NCBI GenBank assembly: GCA_963748405.1
Contig: CAVVIT010000002.1
Coordinates: 276,976 to 340,975, forward strand
Length of the DNA stretch: 64,000 nt
From: Ignavibacteriota bacterium
Lineage (GTDB): Bacteria > Bacteroidota > Ignavibacteria > UBA10030 > UBA6906
Reading direction: 5' to 3'
Shown here piece by piece: positions 52,933-61,901 of the stretch (its first letter is position 1; each line of letters starts with the position of its first letter). A program made the translations under genes and the position numbers. Under the pieces are notes generated by a model. It worked only from the letters and a program-made list of their open reading frames with translations. It did not search any database and was not told the origin of the DNA.

Positions 52933-54261
52933 ATGTTTGACGAGCTGAGCCGCAAGCTTGAAGGAGTGCTGAAGAAGCTTCGCGGGCAGGGAAAAATCAC
53001 GGAAGCGAACATCGCGGAAACACTCCGGGAGGTCCGCCGCGTTCTACTTGATGCGGACGTGAACTTCAAAGTCGCCCGGGATTTCATCGAGAGCGTCAGG
53101 ACGAAGGCGCTCGGTCAGGAAGTACTCCAGAGCATCACCCCGGGACAGCTCATTGTCCGGATCATCCATGAAGAACTGATCGCCCTTCTGGGGACCTCGG
53201 CGAGCGGGATCGCCCAGGCGGCGATGCCGCCGACCGTCGTGCTCGTTGCGGGGCTGCAGGGATCCGGCAAGACGACGTTCTGCGCGAAGCTCGCAAAGCA
53301 CCTGAAGGAGCAGGGGAGGTTTCCCCTCCTTGCCGCGGCGGATATCTACCGTCCGGCCGCGATCGACCAGCTTGTCGCGCTCGGCGCACAGATCGGCATC
53401 CCCGTCTACAGCGCCCCCGGGGAGGGGCCGGTGAAGATCGCCTCCGGTGCGGTCGACCACGCGCGCAGAAGCGCCAGGGACGTCGTCATCGTCGACACCG
53501 CCGGCCGGCTGCACGTCGACGAAGAGATGATGAACGAGGTCGAGGCGATCAAATCGGCCGTCACGCCGCACGAGATCCTCTTCGTCGTCGACGCGATGAC
53601 GGGACAGGACGCGGTCAACACGGCCCGCGCGTTCAACGAGAGGCTCAATTTCGACGGAGCCGTCCTGACGAAAATGGACGGGGACGCGCGTGGCGGCGCG
53701 GCGATCTCGCTCCGGGCCACGGTGGGGAAGCCGATCAAGTACATCTCGACCGGCGAAAAGCTCGACGCTCTGGAGAAGTTTCACCCGGACAGGCTCGCCT
53801 CCCGGATCCTCGGGATGGGGGACGTGGTCACGCTCGTGGAAAAGGCCCAGCAGCAGTTCGACCACGAGAAGGCGGTCAAGCTCGAAGCCCGGCTTCGCCG
53901 GTCGCAGTTTACGCTGGAAGATTTCCTTGAACAGCTCCAGGAAGTGAAGAAGATGGGGCCGCTCAGCCAGGTGCTCGGCATGCTGCCGGGAATGAACCGG
54001 CTTCCCGCCGGCGCCAGCGTTGACGACTCGGCGCTCGTCAGGATCGAGGCGATCATCCACTCGATGACGCGCGAGGAGCGGCAGAAACCGGCGATCATCA
54101 ACGGCAGCCGCCGCAAGCGGATCGCCACCGGGAGCGGGACAAGCGTCCAGGACGTCAACAGGCTCATGAAGCAGTACGAGCAAATGCAGAAGATGATGAA
54201 GACTCTGGGCAAAGGGGGGGCGAGGGCCCTCCGGGGGATGGGTCTCCCCTCGGGAATGTAA
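52933..54261 (+). CDS. ffh: signal recognition particle protein Ffh
   Basis: N domain, G domain (GLQGSGKTT, DTAGR, TKMD), M domain Met-rich tail. ATG 52933 (MFDEL) preferred over 52921. Confidence 0.9.
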   Translation: MFDELSRKLEGVLKKLRGQGKITEANIAETLREVRRVLLDADVNFKVARDFIESVRTKALGQEVLQSITPGQLIVRIIHEELIALLGTSASGIAQAAMPPTVVLVAGLQGSGKTTFCAKLAKHLKEQGRFPLLAAADIYRPAAIDQLVALGAQIGIPVYSAPGEGPVKIASGAVDHARRSARDVVIVDTAGRLHVDEEMMNEVEAIKSAVTPHEILFVVDAMTGQDAVNTARAFNERLNFDGAVLTKMDGDARGGAAISLRATVGKPIKYISTGEKLDALEKFHPDRLASRILGMGDVVTLVEKAQQQFDHEKAVKLEARLRRSQFTLEDFLEQLQEVKKMGPLSQVLGMLPGMNRLPAGASVDDSALVRIEAIIHSMTREERQKPAIINGSRRKRIATGSGTSVQDVNRLMKQYEQMQKMMKTLGKGGARALRGMGLPSGM

Positions 54262-54303
54262 TCGCGAAACCTACACACACATGACGACAGAAGGAGAGCA
54301 ACA

Positions 54304-54846
54304 GTGGCAGTACGTCTGAGGTTGCGCCGGATCGGGAAGAAGAAAATGCCGATGTACCAGATCGTGGCGGCGGATTCCCGTGCGGCACGGAACGGAAAGT
54401 TCCTCGAAGTCATCGGCCGCTACGAGCCGCGGCAGGATCCCATGATCATCGCGACCAACGAGGCGCGCGTGTTCCACTGGCTCAAGAACGGCGCCCTGCC
54501 GACGGATACCGTGAGGAGTCTCTTCCAGCGGAACGGGCTCTGGGTCAAGTGGACGATGACGAAGCAGGGAGCGGACCCCGCGAAAATTGCCGCGGAACTG
54601 GAGAAGTTCCAGATGGCGCAGGCGGAGAAGCGGCGGCATGATGAAGAGCGGCGTGCCCGCCGGCACGCGGCGCGCAAGAAAGGTAAAAAGACGGAGGGGG
54701 AAAGCACGACAGCGCCCGCAGCGGCGCCTGCCGCCGCGCCCGCGCCGGCGCCCGCAGCGGCACCTGCCGCCGCGCCCGCAGCGGCGCCTGCCGCCGCGCC
54801 CGCAGCGGCGCCCGCTCCGTCCGGCGAAGCACCGGCGGCGTCTTAG
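54304..54846 (+). CDS. rpsP: 30S ribosomal protein S16 with ~95-aa Lys/Ala/Pro-rich C-terminal extension
   Basis: GTG start; MAVRLRLRRIGKKKMPMYQIVAADSR... S16 core (about 85 aa), then basic region and (A/P)5 repeats. Confidence 0.85.
   Translation: MAVRLRLRRIGKKKMPMYQIVAADSRAARNGKFLEVIGRYEPRQDPMIIATNEARVFHWLKNGALPTDTVRSLFQRNGLWVKWTMTKQGADPAKIAAELEKFQMAQAEKRRHDEERRARRHAARKKGKKTEGESTTAPAAAPAAAPAPAPAAAPAAAPAAAPAAAPAAAPAPSGEAPAAS
54706..54830 (+). repeat. 15-bp tandem repeat (about 8 units, GCGCCCGCAGCGGCG-like) encoding the (AAPAA)n tail of S16
   Basis: A near-identical 32-nt block recurs at 54712 and 54772; the unit encodes APAAA/PAAAP. Confidence 0.7.
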
Positions 54847-54965
54847 CAGCAGGCTGTACACGTTCTTTTCCGGTCACCGGCCTTTCACCCGAGGGGAAGA
54901 AGTGAACAGCGTCCCGGGCCTGTCGTCCGACAGGCGCGGGCAATCGTTCGCGGAGGAGGTGGGGA

Positions 54966-55196
54966 ATGAAGGAGTATCTCGAGTTCATTGCCAGGCATCT
55001 CGTTGATCACCCCGAACAGGTGGTCCTTGACGACCAGGTGCGTGAAGACAAGATCATCTTCACGCTTCACGTCGCCGAGCAGGATGTCGGCAAGGTGATC
55101 GGGAGGAAGGGCAGGACCGCCCAGGCCATGCGCATCCTCCTTGCAGCGGTCGCCGCGCGGGAGGGGAAAAGAGTCATACTGGAAATCGCCGAGTGA
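54966..55196 (+). CDS. KH-domain RNA-binding protein (YlqC/UPF0109 family)
   Basis: 76 aa, GKVIGRKGRTAQAMR KH motif; the classic position between rpsP and rimM. Confidence 0.85.
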   Translation: MKEYLEFIARHLVDHPEQVVLDDQVREDKIIFTLHVAEQDVGKVIGRKGRTAQAMRILLAAVAAREGKRVILEIAE

Positions 55197-55720
55197 ATGC
55201 ACCCCCAGGCGGGTTATACGCGGTCGGCAGGGTAGTCAAGGCAATCGGCATCGCCGGGGAAATCGTGGTGCAGCCCATGACGGACTTCCCGGACAGGTTC
55301 CGCCGGACCCGGGTCCTCTGGCTCGGGCCTGACAGTGCGTCCGTCACGGAGGTCCGCGTCGAAAAAGCGGGCGTCACCGGCAAGGGCGTCCGGCTGAAAC
55401 TCGGCGGCATCGACGACCGCAACGCGGCGGAGCGGCTCAGGGGAAGGATTCTGTTTGTGGACGAGGCCCACAGGGCGAAGCTCGCTCCGGGTCAGTTTTT
55501 CGTCCACGATGTCGTGGGGCTCTCTGTCCGCGAAGAAGGCGGGGGGGAGATCGGGACCGTCGCCGACGTGCTCCGGTATCCGGCAAGCGACGTGTACGTC
55601 GTCCGGGGGGACAGGGGGGAGATCCTGATTCCGGCGGTGAAAGAGTTCGTGCGGTCCGTGGACCTGGATGCGCGGACGATGACGGTCCGCCTGATCGAAG
55701 GGATGATCGAAGAGCGATGA
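55193..55720 (+). CDS. rimM: 16S rRNA processing protein RimM
   Basis: RimM N-terminal beta-barrel plus PRC barrel; synteny. Confidence 0.85.
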   Translation: MNAPPGGLYAVGRVVKAIGIAGEIVVQPMTDFPDRFRRTRVLWLGPDSASVTEVRVEKAGVTGKGVRLKLGGIDDRNAAERLRGRILFVDEAHRAKLAPGQFFVHDVVGLSVREEGGGEIGTVADVLRYPASDVYVVRGDRGEILIPAVKEFVRSVDLDARTMTVRLIEGMIEER

Positions 55721-56397
55721 GGATCGATGTGATCACGGGGTTTCCCGCGCTTGTGGCGGGCCCTCTCCAGGAGAGCATACTCCGCCGGGCGCAGGAGGCG
55801 GGAATCGTCGACGTCGTCATACACGATCTCCGCGACTATGCGCAGGACAGGCACAGGACGATCGACGATGCCCCGTACGGCGGCGGCGCGGGGATGATCC
55901 TGAAGGTGGAGCCGGTGTTCGCGGCGATCGAATCCCTGAAGAAGGAGCGCGCATACGACGAGGTGATCTACCTCAGCGCGGACGGGGAGCCCTTCACGCA
56001 GAGCGGGGCCAACGCCCTCTCGATGAAGCAGTCCCTGATACTCCTGTGCGGACATTACAAGGGGATCGACGAGAGGATACGCCAGAGCCTGGTCACCCGG
56101 GAGGTGTCGATCGGCGACTATGTCCTCACCGGGGGCGAGCTCCCGGCCCTCGTGCTGATCGACGCGGTCGTCCGCCTGCTCCCCGGGGCGCTGCACGACG
56201 GGGAATCGATGCTCACGGATTCGTTTCAGGACGGACTTCTCGACTCGCCGTCATTCACCCGGCCGCCGGAATTCCGGGGGATGCGCGTCCCGGACGTGCT
56301 CCTGGGCGGCAACCACGAAGAGATTGCTGCATGGCGCATGGAGCAGCGCCGCAGGCGCACGGGCGAGCGCCGCACGGATTTGATGGAACAACCATAA
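55717..56397 (+). CDS. trmD: tRNA (guanine37-N1)-methyltransferase
   Basis: [10 protein letters not shown]...GGGAGM... canonical SPOUT-family TrmD. Confidence 0.9.
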   Translation: MRIDVITGFPALVAGPLQESILRRAQEAGIVDVVIHDLRDYAQDRHRTIDDAPYGGGAGMILKVEPVFAAIESLKKERAYDEVIYLSADGEPFTQSGANALSMKQSLILLCGHYKGIDERIRQSLVTREVSIGDYVLTGGELPALVLIDAVVRLLPGALHDGESMLTDSFQDGLLDSPSFTRPPEFRGMRVPDVLLGGNHEEIAAWRMEQRRRRTGERRTDLMEQP

Positions 56398-56420
56398 ACG
56401 TCAGTGTACTGGAGAGAGCC

Positions 56421-56762
56421 ATGGAGAAACTCAAGCTTGTCGAAGCGACGCAGATGAAGACCGGCATCCCGCCGTTTTCACCCGGCGATACCGTCAACGT
56501 CCACGTGCGGGTCGTGGAAGGAGACAAGGAACGCATCCAGCAGTTCCAGGGTGTCGTCATGGGCCGTCACGGGTCGGGGATGAACGCCACGTTCACCGTC
56601 CGCAAGGTCTCCGACGGCGTCGGGGTGGAAAGGATATTTCCCCTGCATTCCCCCCGCATCGCGAAGATCGAAAAAGTGAAAGACGGGGCGGTCAGGCGGG
56701 CGAAACTGTATTACCTGCGCGATCTGGCGAGCAAAGCGATACGCCAGAAGACGAACGCCTGA
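56421..56762 (+). CDS. rplS: 50S ribosomal protein L19
   Basis: 113 aa from ATG 56421 (GGAGAGAG Shine-Dalgarno-like sequence). F.G.V.....G....FTVRK signature. Confidence 0.9.
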   Translation: MEKLKLVEATQMKTGIPPFSPGDTVNVHVRVVEGDKERIQQFQGVVMGRHGSGMNATFTVRKVSDGVGVERIFPLHSPRIAKIEKVKDGAVRRAKLYYLRDLASKAIRQKTNA

Positions 56763-56889
56763 GCGGATTGCTCTCCGTCACAGGCATCGGCACACGCTCT
56801 TTGATATAGGCAATACGGGGATCCACCCCGGTTAACGAAAACAACAGCTGTCGTTCCAGCATCCGATCATTTATCCCAGGGGGAATGAT

Positions 56890-58200
56890 ATGTTGCATCG
56901 TGCACTGTATGGCGCTGTCACGATTGGTGCATTCGTAGCCGCGGGGCTTCTTTCCGCGGGCTGCAGCAAAAGCAGCTCGACGGGACCGTCGGGCGGCGGC
57001 ACAGGGGGTGTCGTCACCGTCGCGGGAAAGGTCATAGGCACGAATGGCCAGGGGGTCACGGGTGTCCCGGTCTATGTCACAGGCAAAACCTCCACGAACA
57101 CGGACGCCAGCGGCAATTTTTCGATCGCCGGCGTCACCACTCCGTACGACATCACGGTCGTCGACGCGACGAACAAGCGGGCCATCGTCTATAAAGGGCT
57201 CTCCCGCTCCGATCCCACGCTCACGTTTTTCGGTTCAACCCCCGGCACGCAGCATCACGGGACGATCAACGGCAAGGTCTCCGGGGGGACATTTACCCCC
57301 AACGAGGGTGCCAGCGACATCGCGCGTGTCGCCTTCGGCTCCACCGAAACCTCTTCCTCCATCAACACATCCGCCGGCGGTCTCTTCGGTCCGCTGACCG
57401 TTTCGTGGTACGGCCCGACCGTCACCACCGGCAATCTCTACGCCCTGCAGTACACGGCCGATGCCAACGGCCTCCCCGTCGCTTCGGGATTCAAGGGATA
57501 CGGGACAAGGACCGGCATCGCGGTCAACGACGGCAGCACGCTCACGAACCAGTTTGACACGCTGCAGACCGTCGGGACGAACCAGTTCACCGGCACGGTC
57601 ACCGTTCCCTCCGGATACACGCTCGCCGTGAAGACACTGACCGTCAGGATCTCCTCGACGGCGTCGATCTCGCTCTTCAACGACAACACGGCGAACGCCG
57701 CGCTCAGCTACTACACTCCCGCCATCGGGGGTGCGTCACTTCTCCTCGGGGCATACGCCCTGAAATCGGGAACCGAAGCGGTGTATTTCAAGACCGGGAT
57801 CGCCACGGCCGCCACCGGCGTCGCCGTCACGATGGTGGCTGCGCCCGAGCTGAGCCTTCCCGTCAACGCCGCCACGGGGGTCGACACCACCGTGACGTTC
57901 TCCTGGACGCCGATGACCGGAGGAATACACCTGGTGGAATTTGCGGGCGGGGCGAATCCGACGTACTACGTCGTGACGACGGGGACGAGCGCCACGATTC
58001 CGAACCTGAAGGCACTCGGTCTCGGGCTTCCTTCGGCGGGGACGTACCAGTGGAGCGTCGAGGCCTTCGGTCCCTTCGCGAGCGCGGACGACGCCGCGGC
58101 ATCCTCGGGATTCCTGGGACCGCTGACGAATCCGGCGCTCCTCACGTCCGACGTCTTCCTCGGCATTTCCACGGCGAGGACATTTACCACGGCGCCGTAG
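56890..58200 (+). CDS. lipoprotein, paralog 1 of 3 (CarbopepD_reg-like beta-sandwich plus large beta-rich domain, conserved C-terminal TFTTAP)
   Basis: 436 aa. Lipobox LSAGC; linker SKSSSTGPSGGGTGG; VTVAGKVIG..G.GV.GVPV.VTG..STNTDASGNFSIAGV. Confidence 0.75.
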   Translation: MLHRALYGAVTIGAFVAAGLLSAGCSKSSSTGPSGGGTGGVVTVAGKVIGTNGQGVTGVPVYVTGKTSTNTDASGNFSIAGVTTPYDITVVDATNKRAIVYKGLSRSDPTLTFFGSTPGTQHHGTINGKVSGGTFTPNEGASDIARVAFGSTETSSSINTSAGGLFGPLTVSWYGPTVTTGNLYALQYTADANGLPVASGFKGYGTRTGIAVNDGSTLTNQFDTLQTVGTNQFTGTVTVPSGYTLAVKTLTVRISSTASISLFNDNTANAALSYYTPAIGGASLLLGAYALKSGTEAVYFKTGIATAATGVAVTMVAAPELSLPVNAATGVDTTVTFSWTPMTGGIHLVEFAGGANPTYYVVTTGTSATIPNLKALGLGLPSAGTYQWSVEAFGPFASADDAAASSGFLGPLTNPALLTSDVFLGISTARTFTTAP

Positions 58201-58237
58201 AGGCCGGTGTTCCGAATTCATCCATTATTCACAGTGC

Positions 58238-59563
58238 ATGGGATCACGTATGCGGACTCGCGCAGTCAGTTTCCCGGTTGCCTCTCTCGCCCTCGTTCTT
58301 GCGGTGCTTCTTGTTGACGGATGCAGCAAAAGCTCTTCCACCGGTCCTTCGACCGGCGGCACGGGGAGCGTCATCACCGTCGCGGGGAAGGTCGTCAAAG
58401 CCAACGGGACCTCGGTCGCGGGTGTTCCCGTCGTGGTGACCGGGCTGCCGTCGACGAACACGGACGCCAACGGCAATTTCTCGATCGCCGGCGTCACGAC
58501 CCCGTACGACATCGCCGTGGTCGACGGGACGAGCAAGAACGCGTTCGTCTACAAGGGACTCACGCGGAGCGATCCGACGCTCGTGTTCCTGAACGCCCCG
58601 CTCGGGACGGCGCACACCGGGTCCCTCAGCGGGAAGATCTTCGGGGGAGACTTCACCCCGAACCAGGGGGCGAACGACGTCACGGAGGTCGCGTTCGGTT
58701 CGCCCGAGACGAATCCCTACGGTACCACGAGCGCCAACGGCACATTCGGCCCGATAGGACTCTCCTGGTACGGACCAACCGCGACGACAGGAAATCTCTA
58801 CGCGCTGCAGGTCCAGAACGACCCCAATCCGCCGAATCTTCCGGTGACGTACAAGGGATACGGGGTCAAAGCCGGCATCGCGGTCAACGATGGAAGCACG
58901 ATCACCAACCAGTTTGATACGCTTTCGGCGGTCGGTACGGGGACGTTCACGGGGACGGTGACGCTGCCGACGGGTTATACGTTCAGCTCGAAGGCGATGT
59001 GGGCGCGGATATCCTCCTCCGTGCTTATCCCGCTCTTTTTCGAGAACACCGCAGCCACCGCTCTCACGTACAACACGCCGCTTATCCCCGGTGCCACGCT
59101 CGCATTCGGTGTCCGTGCCCAGAACGGGACCGCCATCGCGTTTGCGTACAAGATCGGCCTGGCGAACGGTGCGACGGGAGTGTCTATCCCGGTTCCTGCC
59201 GCCCCCGGGCTGAGCCTTCCCATCAACGGGGCCACGAAGGTCGACACGACATTTACGTTCTCCTGGACCGCGTACCCCGGCGGCATACACGTCTTTTTCA
59301 TGCAGTCCGCCGGGAACCCGACGTACTACGTCCTCACCTCGGGGACGAGCACGACCATACCGAATCTCAAGAGCCTCGGCCTCCCGCTTCCCGCCACGGC
59401 GACATACTCCTGGGCGGTTGCGGGTTTTGCTCCCTTTGCCAGCGTCGATGCGGCGGCGGGACCGGCGGGCTTCTTCGGCGGCGGGTTCGGTTCCGCCGCG
59501 GGGTTCACCGCGGATGCGAGCGCGGGCCAGTCCGGTTCGTGGACATTTACGACAGCGCCGTAA
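58238..59563 (+). CDS. lipoprotein, paralog 2 of 3
   Basis: 441 aa. Lipobox LVDGC. Same architecture as paralog 1; most conserved in the N-terminal ~110 aa and C-terminal ~90 aa. Confidence 0.75.
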   Translation: MGSRMRTRAVSFPVASLALVLAVLLVDGCSKSSSTGPSTGGTGSVITVAGKVVKANGTSVAGVPVVVTGLPSTNTDANGNFSIAGVTTPYDIAVVDGTSKNAFVYKGLTRSDPTLVFLNAPLGTAHTGSLSGKIFGGDFTPNQGANDVTEVAFGSPETNPYGTTSANGTFGPIGLSWYGPTATTGNLYALQVQNDPNPPNLPVTYKGYGVKAGIAVNDGSTITNQFDTLSAVGTGTFTGTVTLPTGYTFSSKAMWARISSSVLIPLFFENTAATALTYNTPLIPGATLAFGVRAQNGTAIAFAYKIGLANGATGVSIPVPAAPGLSLPINGATKVDTTFTFSWTAYPGGIHVFFMQSAGNPTYYVLTSGTSTTIPNLKSLGLPLPATATYSWAVAGFAPFASVDAAAGPAGFFGGGFGSAAGFTADASAGQSGSWTFTTAP

Positions 59564-59617
59564 GCGGGTATATTCAGGATTCAAATTTCCAGACACCCAC
59601 ATACAGGAGGAGACACC

Positions 59618-60931
59618 ATGCAACGACAACAGTTCATCTCGTGGGGAGCCGCTTTTGTCCTGGCCTTCACGATGGGAATCGGCAGCGGGTGCAGCAAGAG
59701 CAGTTCGACCGGCCCGTCGACAGGAGGGACAGGCGGGGTCGTCACCGTTGCGGGGAAAGTGATCGGCCAGAACGGGGTGGCGGTCGCGGGCGTCCCCGTG
59801 CTCATCACGGGGAAGGTATCGACGAATACGGATGCGAACGGGAATTTCTCTGTGGCGAGCGTGACCACGCCGTATGACGTCGACGTCGTCGACGCGACGA
59901 ACAAAGTGGCGCTGGTGTACAAAGGGCTCACGCGGACCGACCCCACGCTGGTGTTCCTGGGCTCTTCTCCCGGCACCGCCCGCCACGGGACGATCAACGG
60001 CCAGATTTCAGGACCCGGGTTCACGCCGAACCAGGGGGCCAACGATATCACGAGGGTCGTCTTCGCATCTCCCGAGGCGACCTCGAGCGCGACCACGTCG
60101 TTGAGCGGTGCATTCGGGCCGATCGGTCTCTCGTGGTACGGCCCCACCGCCACGACGGGGAATCTCTATGCCCTGCAGTGGACGAAAGACGCCAACTCTC
60201 TTCCCGTCGCCTCCGGATACAAAGGGTACGGCGTCAGAAGCGGGATCGCAATCAACGACGGCAGCACGCTGAACAACCAGTTCGACACGCTGCAGGCGGT
60301 GGCCACGACGCAGTTTACGGGGACGATCACGATCCCCGCCGCGTATACGCTCAGCAGCAAGGCGCTCTTCCTGCGGGTCTCACAGCTTGCACTCATCAGT
60401 CTCCTCAGCGACGGGACGACAAACGCCGCGCCGAGCTACTACACGCCGAACATCGGCGGGGCGACGCTCCTCTTCCAGATCACGGCAATCAAGTCCGCCG
60501 GGAACGGGACCGCGTACTACAAGACAGGGGTTTCGCCGGGGGCGACAGGCGTTGGCATTACGATCCCTGCCGCGCCCGATCTCAGCCTGCCGGTTGATGC
60601 CGCCACGGGCGTGGACACGACGGTGACGTTCTCCTGGACCCCCATGACAGGGGGAATCCACCTCCTTCTTCTCGCAAGCTCCGGCAACCCGGGGTATTAC
60701 ATCCTGACGTCGGGGACGAGCGCGACGATCCCGAACCTGAAAGGACTGGGGCTCGGGCTTCCTTCTTCCGGGGCGTACACCTGGGAAGTGTACGGATTCG
60801 GCCCGTTCGCAACGGCGGACGACGCCGCGGGGGCGGCGGGATTCCTGTCGGCAATCTCAAACCCGACGGTTCTCACCGCCGACGGGTTCTACGGCATCTC
60901 GGCGCAACGGCACTTTACGACCGCGCCGTAA
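59618..60931 (+). CDS. lipoprotein, paralog 3 of 3
   Basis: 437 aa. Lipobox GSGC; AGGAGGA Shine-Dalgarno-like sequence upstream; same architecture. Confidence 0.75.
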   Translation: MQRQQFISWGAAFVLAFTMGIGSGCSKSSSTGPSTGGTGGVVTVAGKVIGQNGVAVAGVPVLITGKVSTNTDANGNFSVASVTTPYDVDVVDATNKVALVYKGLTRTDPTLVFLGSSPGTARHGTINGQISGPGFTPNQGANDITRVVFASPEATSSATTSLSGAFGPIGLSWYGPTATTGNLYALQWTKDANSLPVASGYKGYGVRSGIAINDGSTLNNQFDTLQAVATTQFTGTITIPAAYTLSSKALFLRVSQLALISLLSDGTTNAAPSYYTPNIGGATLLFQITAIKSAGNGTAYYKTGVSPGATGVGITIPAAPDLSLPVDAATGVDTTVTFSWTPMTGGIHLLLLASSGNPGYYILTSGTSATIPNLKGLGLGLPSSGAYTWEVYGFGPFATADDAAGAAGFLSAISNPTVLTADGFYGISAQRHFTTAP

Positions 60932-60988
60932 CCGGGTCCCCCCCCCGCAAAGGGGCGGGCGCCCAATCAACACAGTGCACTGCACACA

Positions 60989-61017
60989 GGAGCGCACGGG
61001 ACAAACCCGTGCGCTCC
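60989..61017 (+). other. perfect 12-bp stem-loop (GGAGCGCACGGG-ACAAA-CCCGTGCGCTCC) with no U-tract
   Basis: Lies between paralog 3 and mqnA; a C9 homopolymer sits at 60938-60946 just upstream. Confidence 0.4.
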
Positions 61018-61075
61018 CTGTATGTCAGGGACATCCCCCCTTCATTCCGATATCGGGAATTGGTATATTGGTCGT

Positions 61076-61870
61076 ATGGGTACCCGCACGCTCCTCGGCA
61101 TACCGGGTGACATCTCCTGCCGCCCTCTCAGTGACGCCCTCCGCCCGGCGGGGACATTCGACATTGTGGTCGATTCCCCGGCCGCGCTTGCCCAGCGCCT
61201 GGAGCGCAGGGCCCTGGGGGGAGCGCTCCTCTCCCCGATCGACTTTGCGATGAACGCCTCCCAGTACCTTGTCGTTCCGGGCTCGGCGGTTTCCTCCCAG
61301 TCGGGGAACGAATCGATCGTCGTCCATTTCCGGCACGGCCTCAGGGCGGTCAGGACGCTTGCCGTCCAGCCCGTCTCCGCTTCCGACATCATACTCGCCA
61401 AGATACTCCTTGCCGAACGGTTCGACATCGAGCCGAGGATCATGCCGGTTGCCGGCACGCTGGAAACGATGCTGGAGCGGGCGGACGCCGCGCTCCTTGC
61501 CGGTGACGCCGCGCTTCAGAGCGTGGCCGGAAGGCCCGAAGCCCTCGACCTCGTCGAAGAGTGGATCGCCGCGACGGATCTCCCGTACGTCCACGGATTC
61601 TGGTGCGCGCGCGAACGGGGGCTGAGCGAGTCGGAGTGGATGATGCTGGGGGGGCTCCCGGAAGGGCTCCCGGAACCCGCACCCGGCGGGGAGGGGACGT
61701 CGGCGGTCGACCTCTTCTCGTACGATTTCTCCGAAAATGTTCAGGAGGGGATTCAGGAATTCCTCCGCTATGCGTACTATCATGGTATACTCCCGGACGT
61801 GCCGGACCTGCGTTTCTTCGGCGCCCCGGACGAGGAGGAGACGGGCCCCCCGCTCCTGAGCCCGAATTGA
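61076..61870 (+). CDS. mqnA: MqnA/MqnD-family protein (chorismate dehydratase-like, futalosine menaquinone pathway)
   Basis: N-terminal LLGIPGDISCRPL and LLSPIDFAMN...YLVVPGSAVSSQSGNESIVVHF resemble the MqnA periplasmic-binding-like fold. The ORF is open from 61022; ATG 61076 fits the family N-terminus better. Confidence 0.65.
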   Translation: MGTRTLLGIPGDISCRPLSDALRPAGTFDIVVDSPAALAQRLERRALGGALLSPIDFAMNASQYLVVPGSAVSSQSGNESIVVHFRHGLRAVRTLAVQPVSASDIILAKILLAERFDIEPRIMPVAGTLETMLERADAALLAGDAALQSVAGRPEALDLVEEWIAATDLPYVHGFWCARERGLSESEWMMLGGLPEGLPEPAPGGEGTSAVDLFSYDFSENVQEGIQEFLRYAYYHGILPDVPDLRFFGAPDEEETGPPLLSPN

Positions 61871-61901
61871 ATCAATTCCTGACAATGGGTAGATTCCGTC
61901 C

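Noticed and set aside
54918-54935. Hairpin GCCTGTCG-TC-CGACAGGC in the rpsP-KH intergenic region as an attenuator
   Set aside because: A short stem without a U-tract, in a known multi-gene ribosomal operon. It is probably an incidental GC-rich structure, so it is not reported as a feature.
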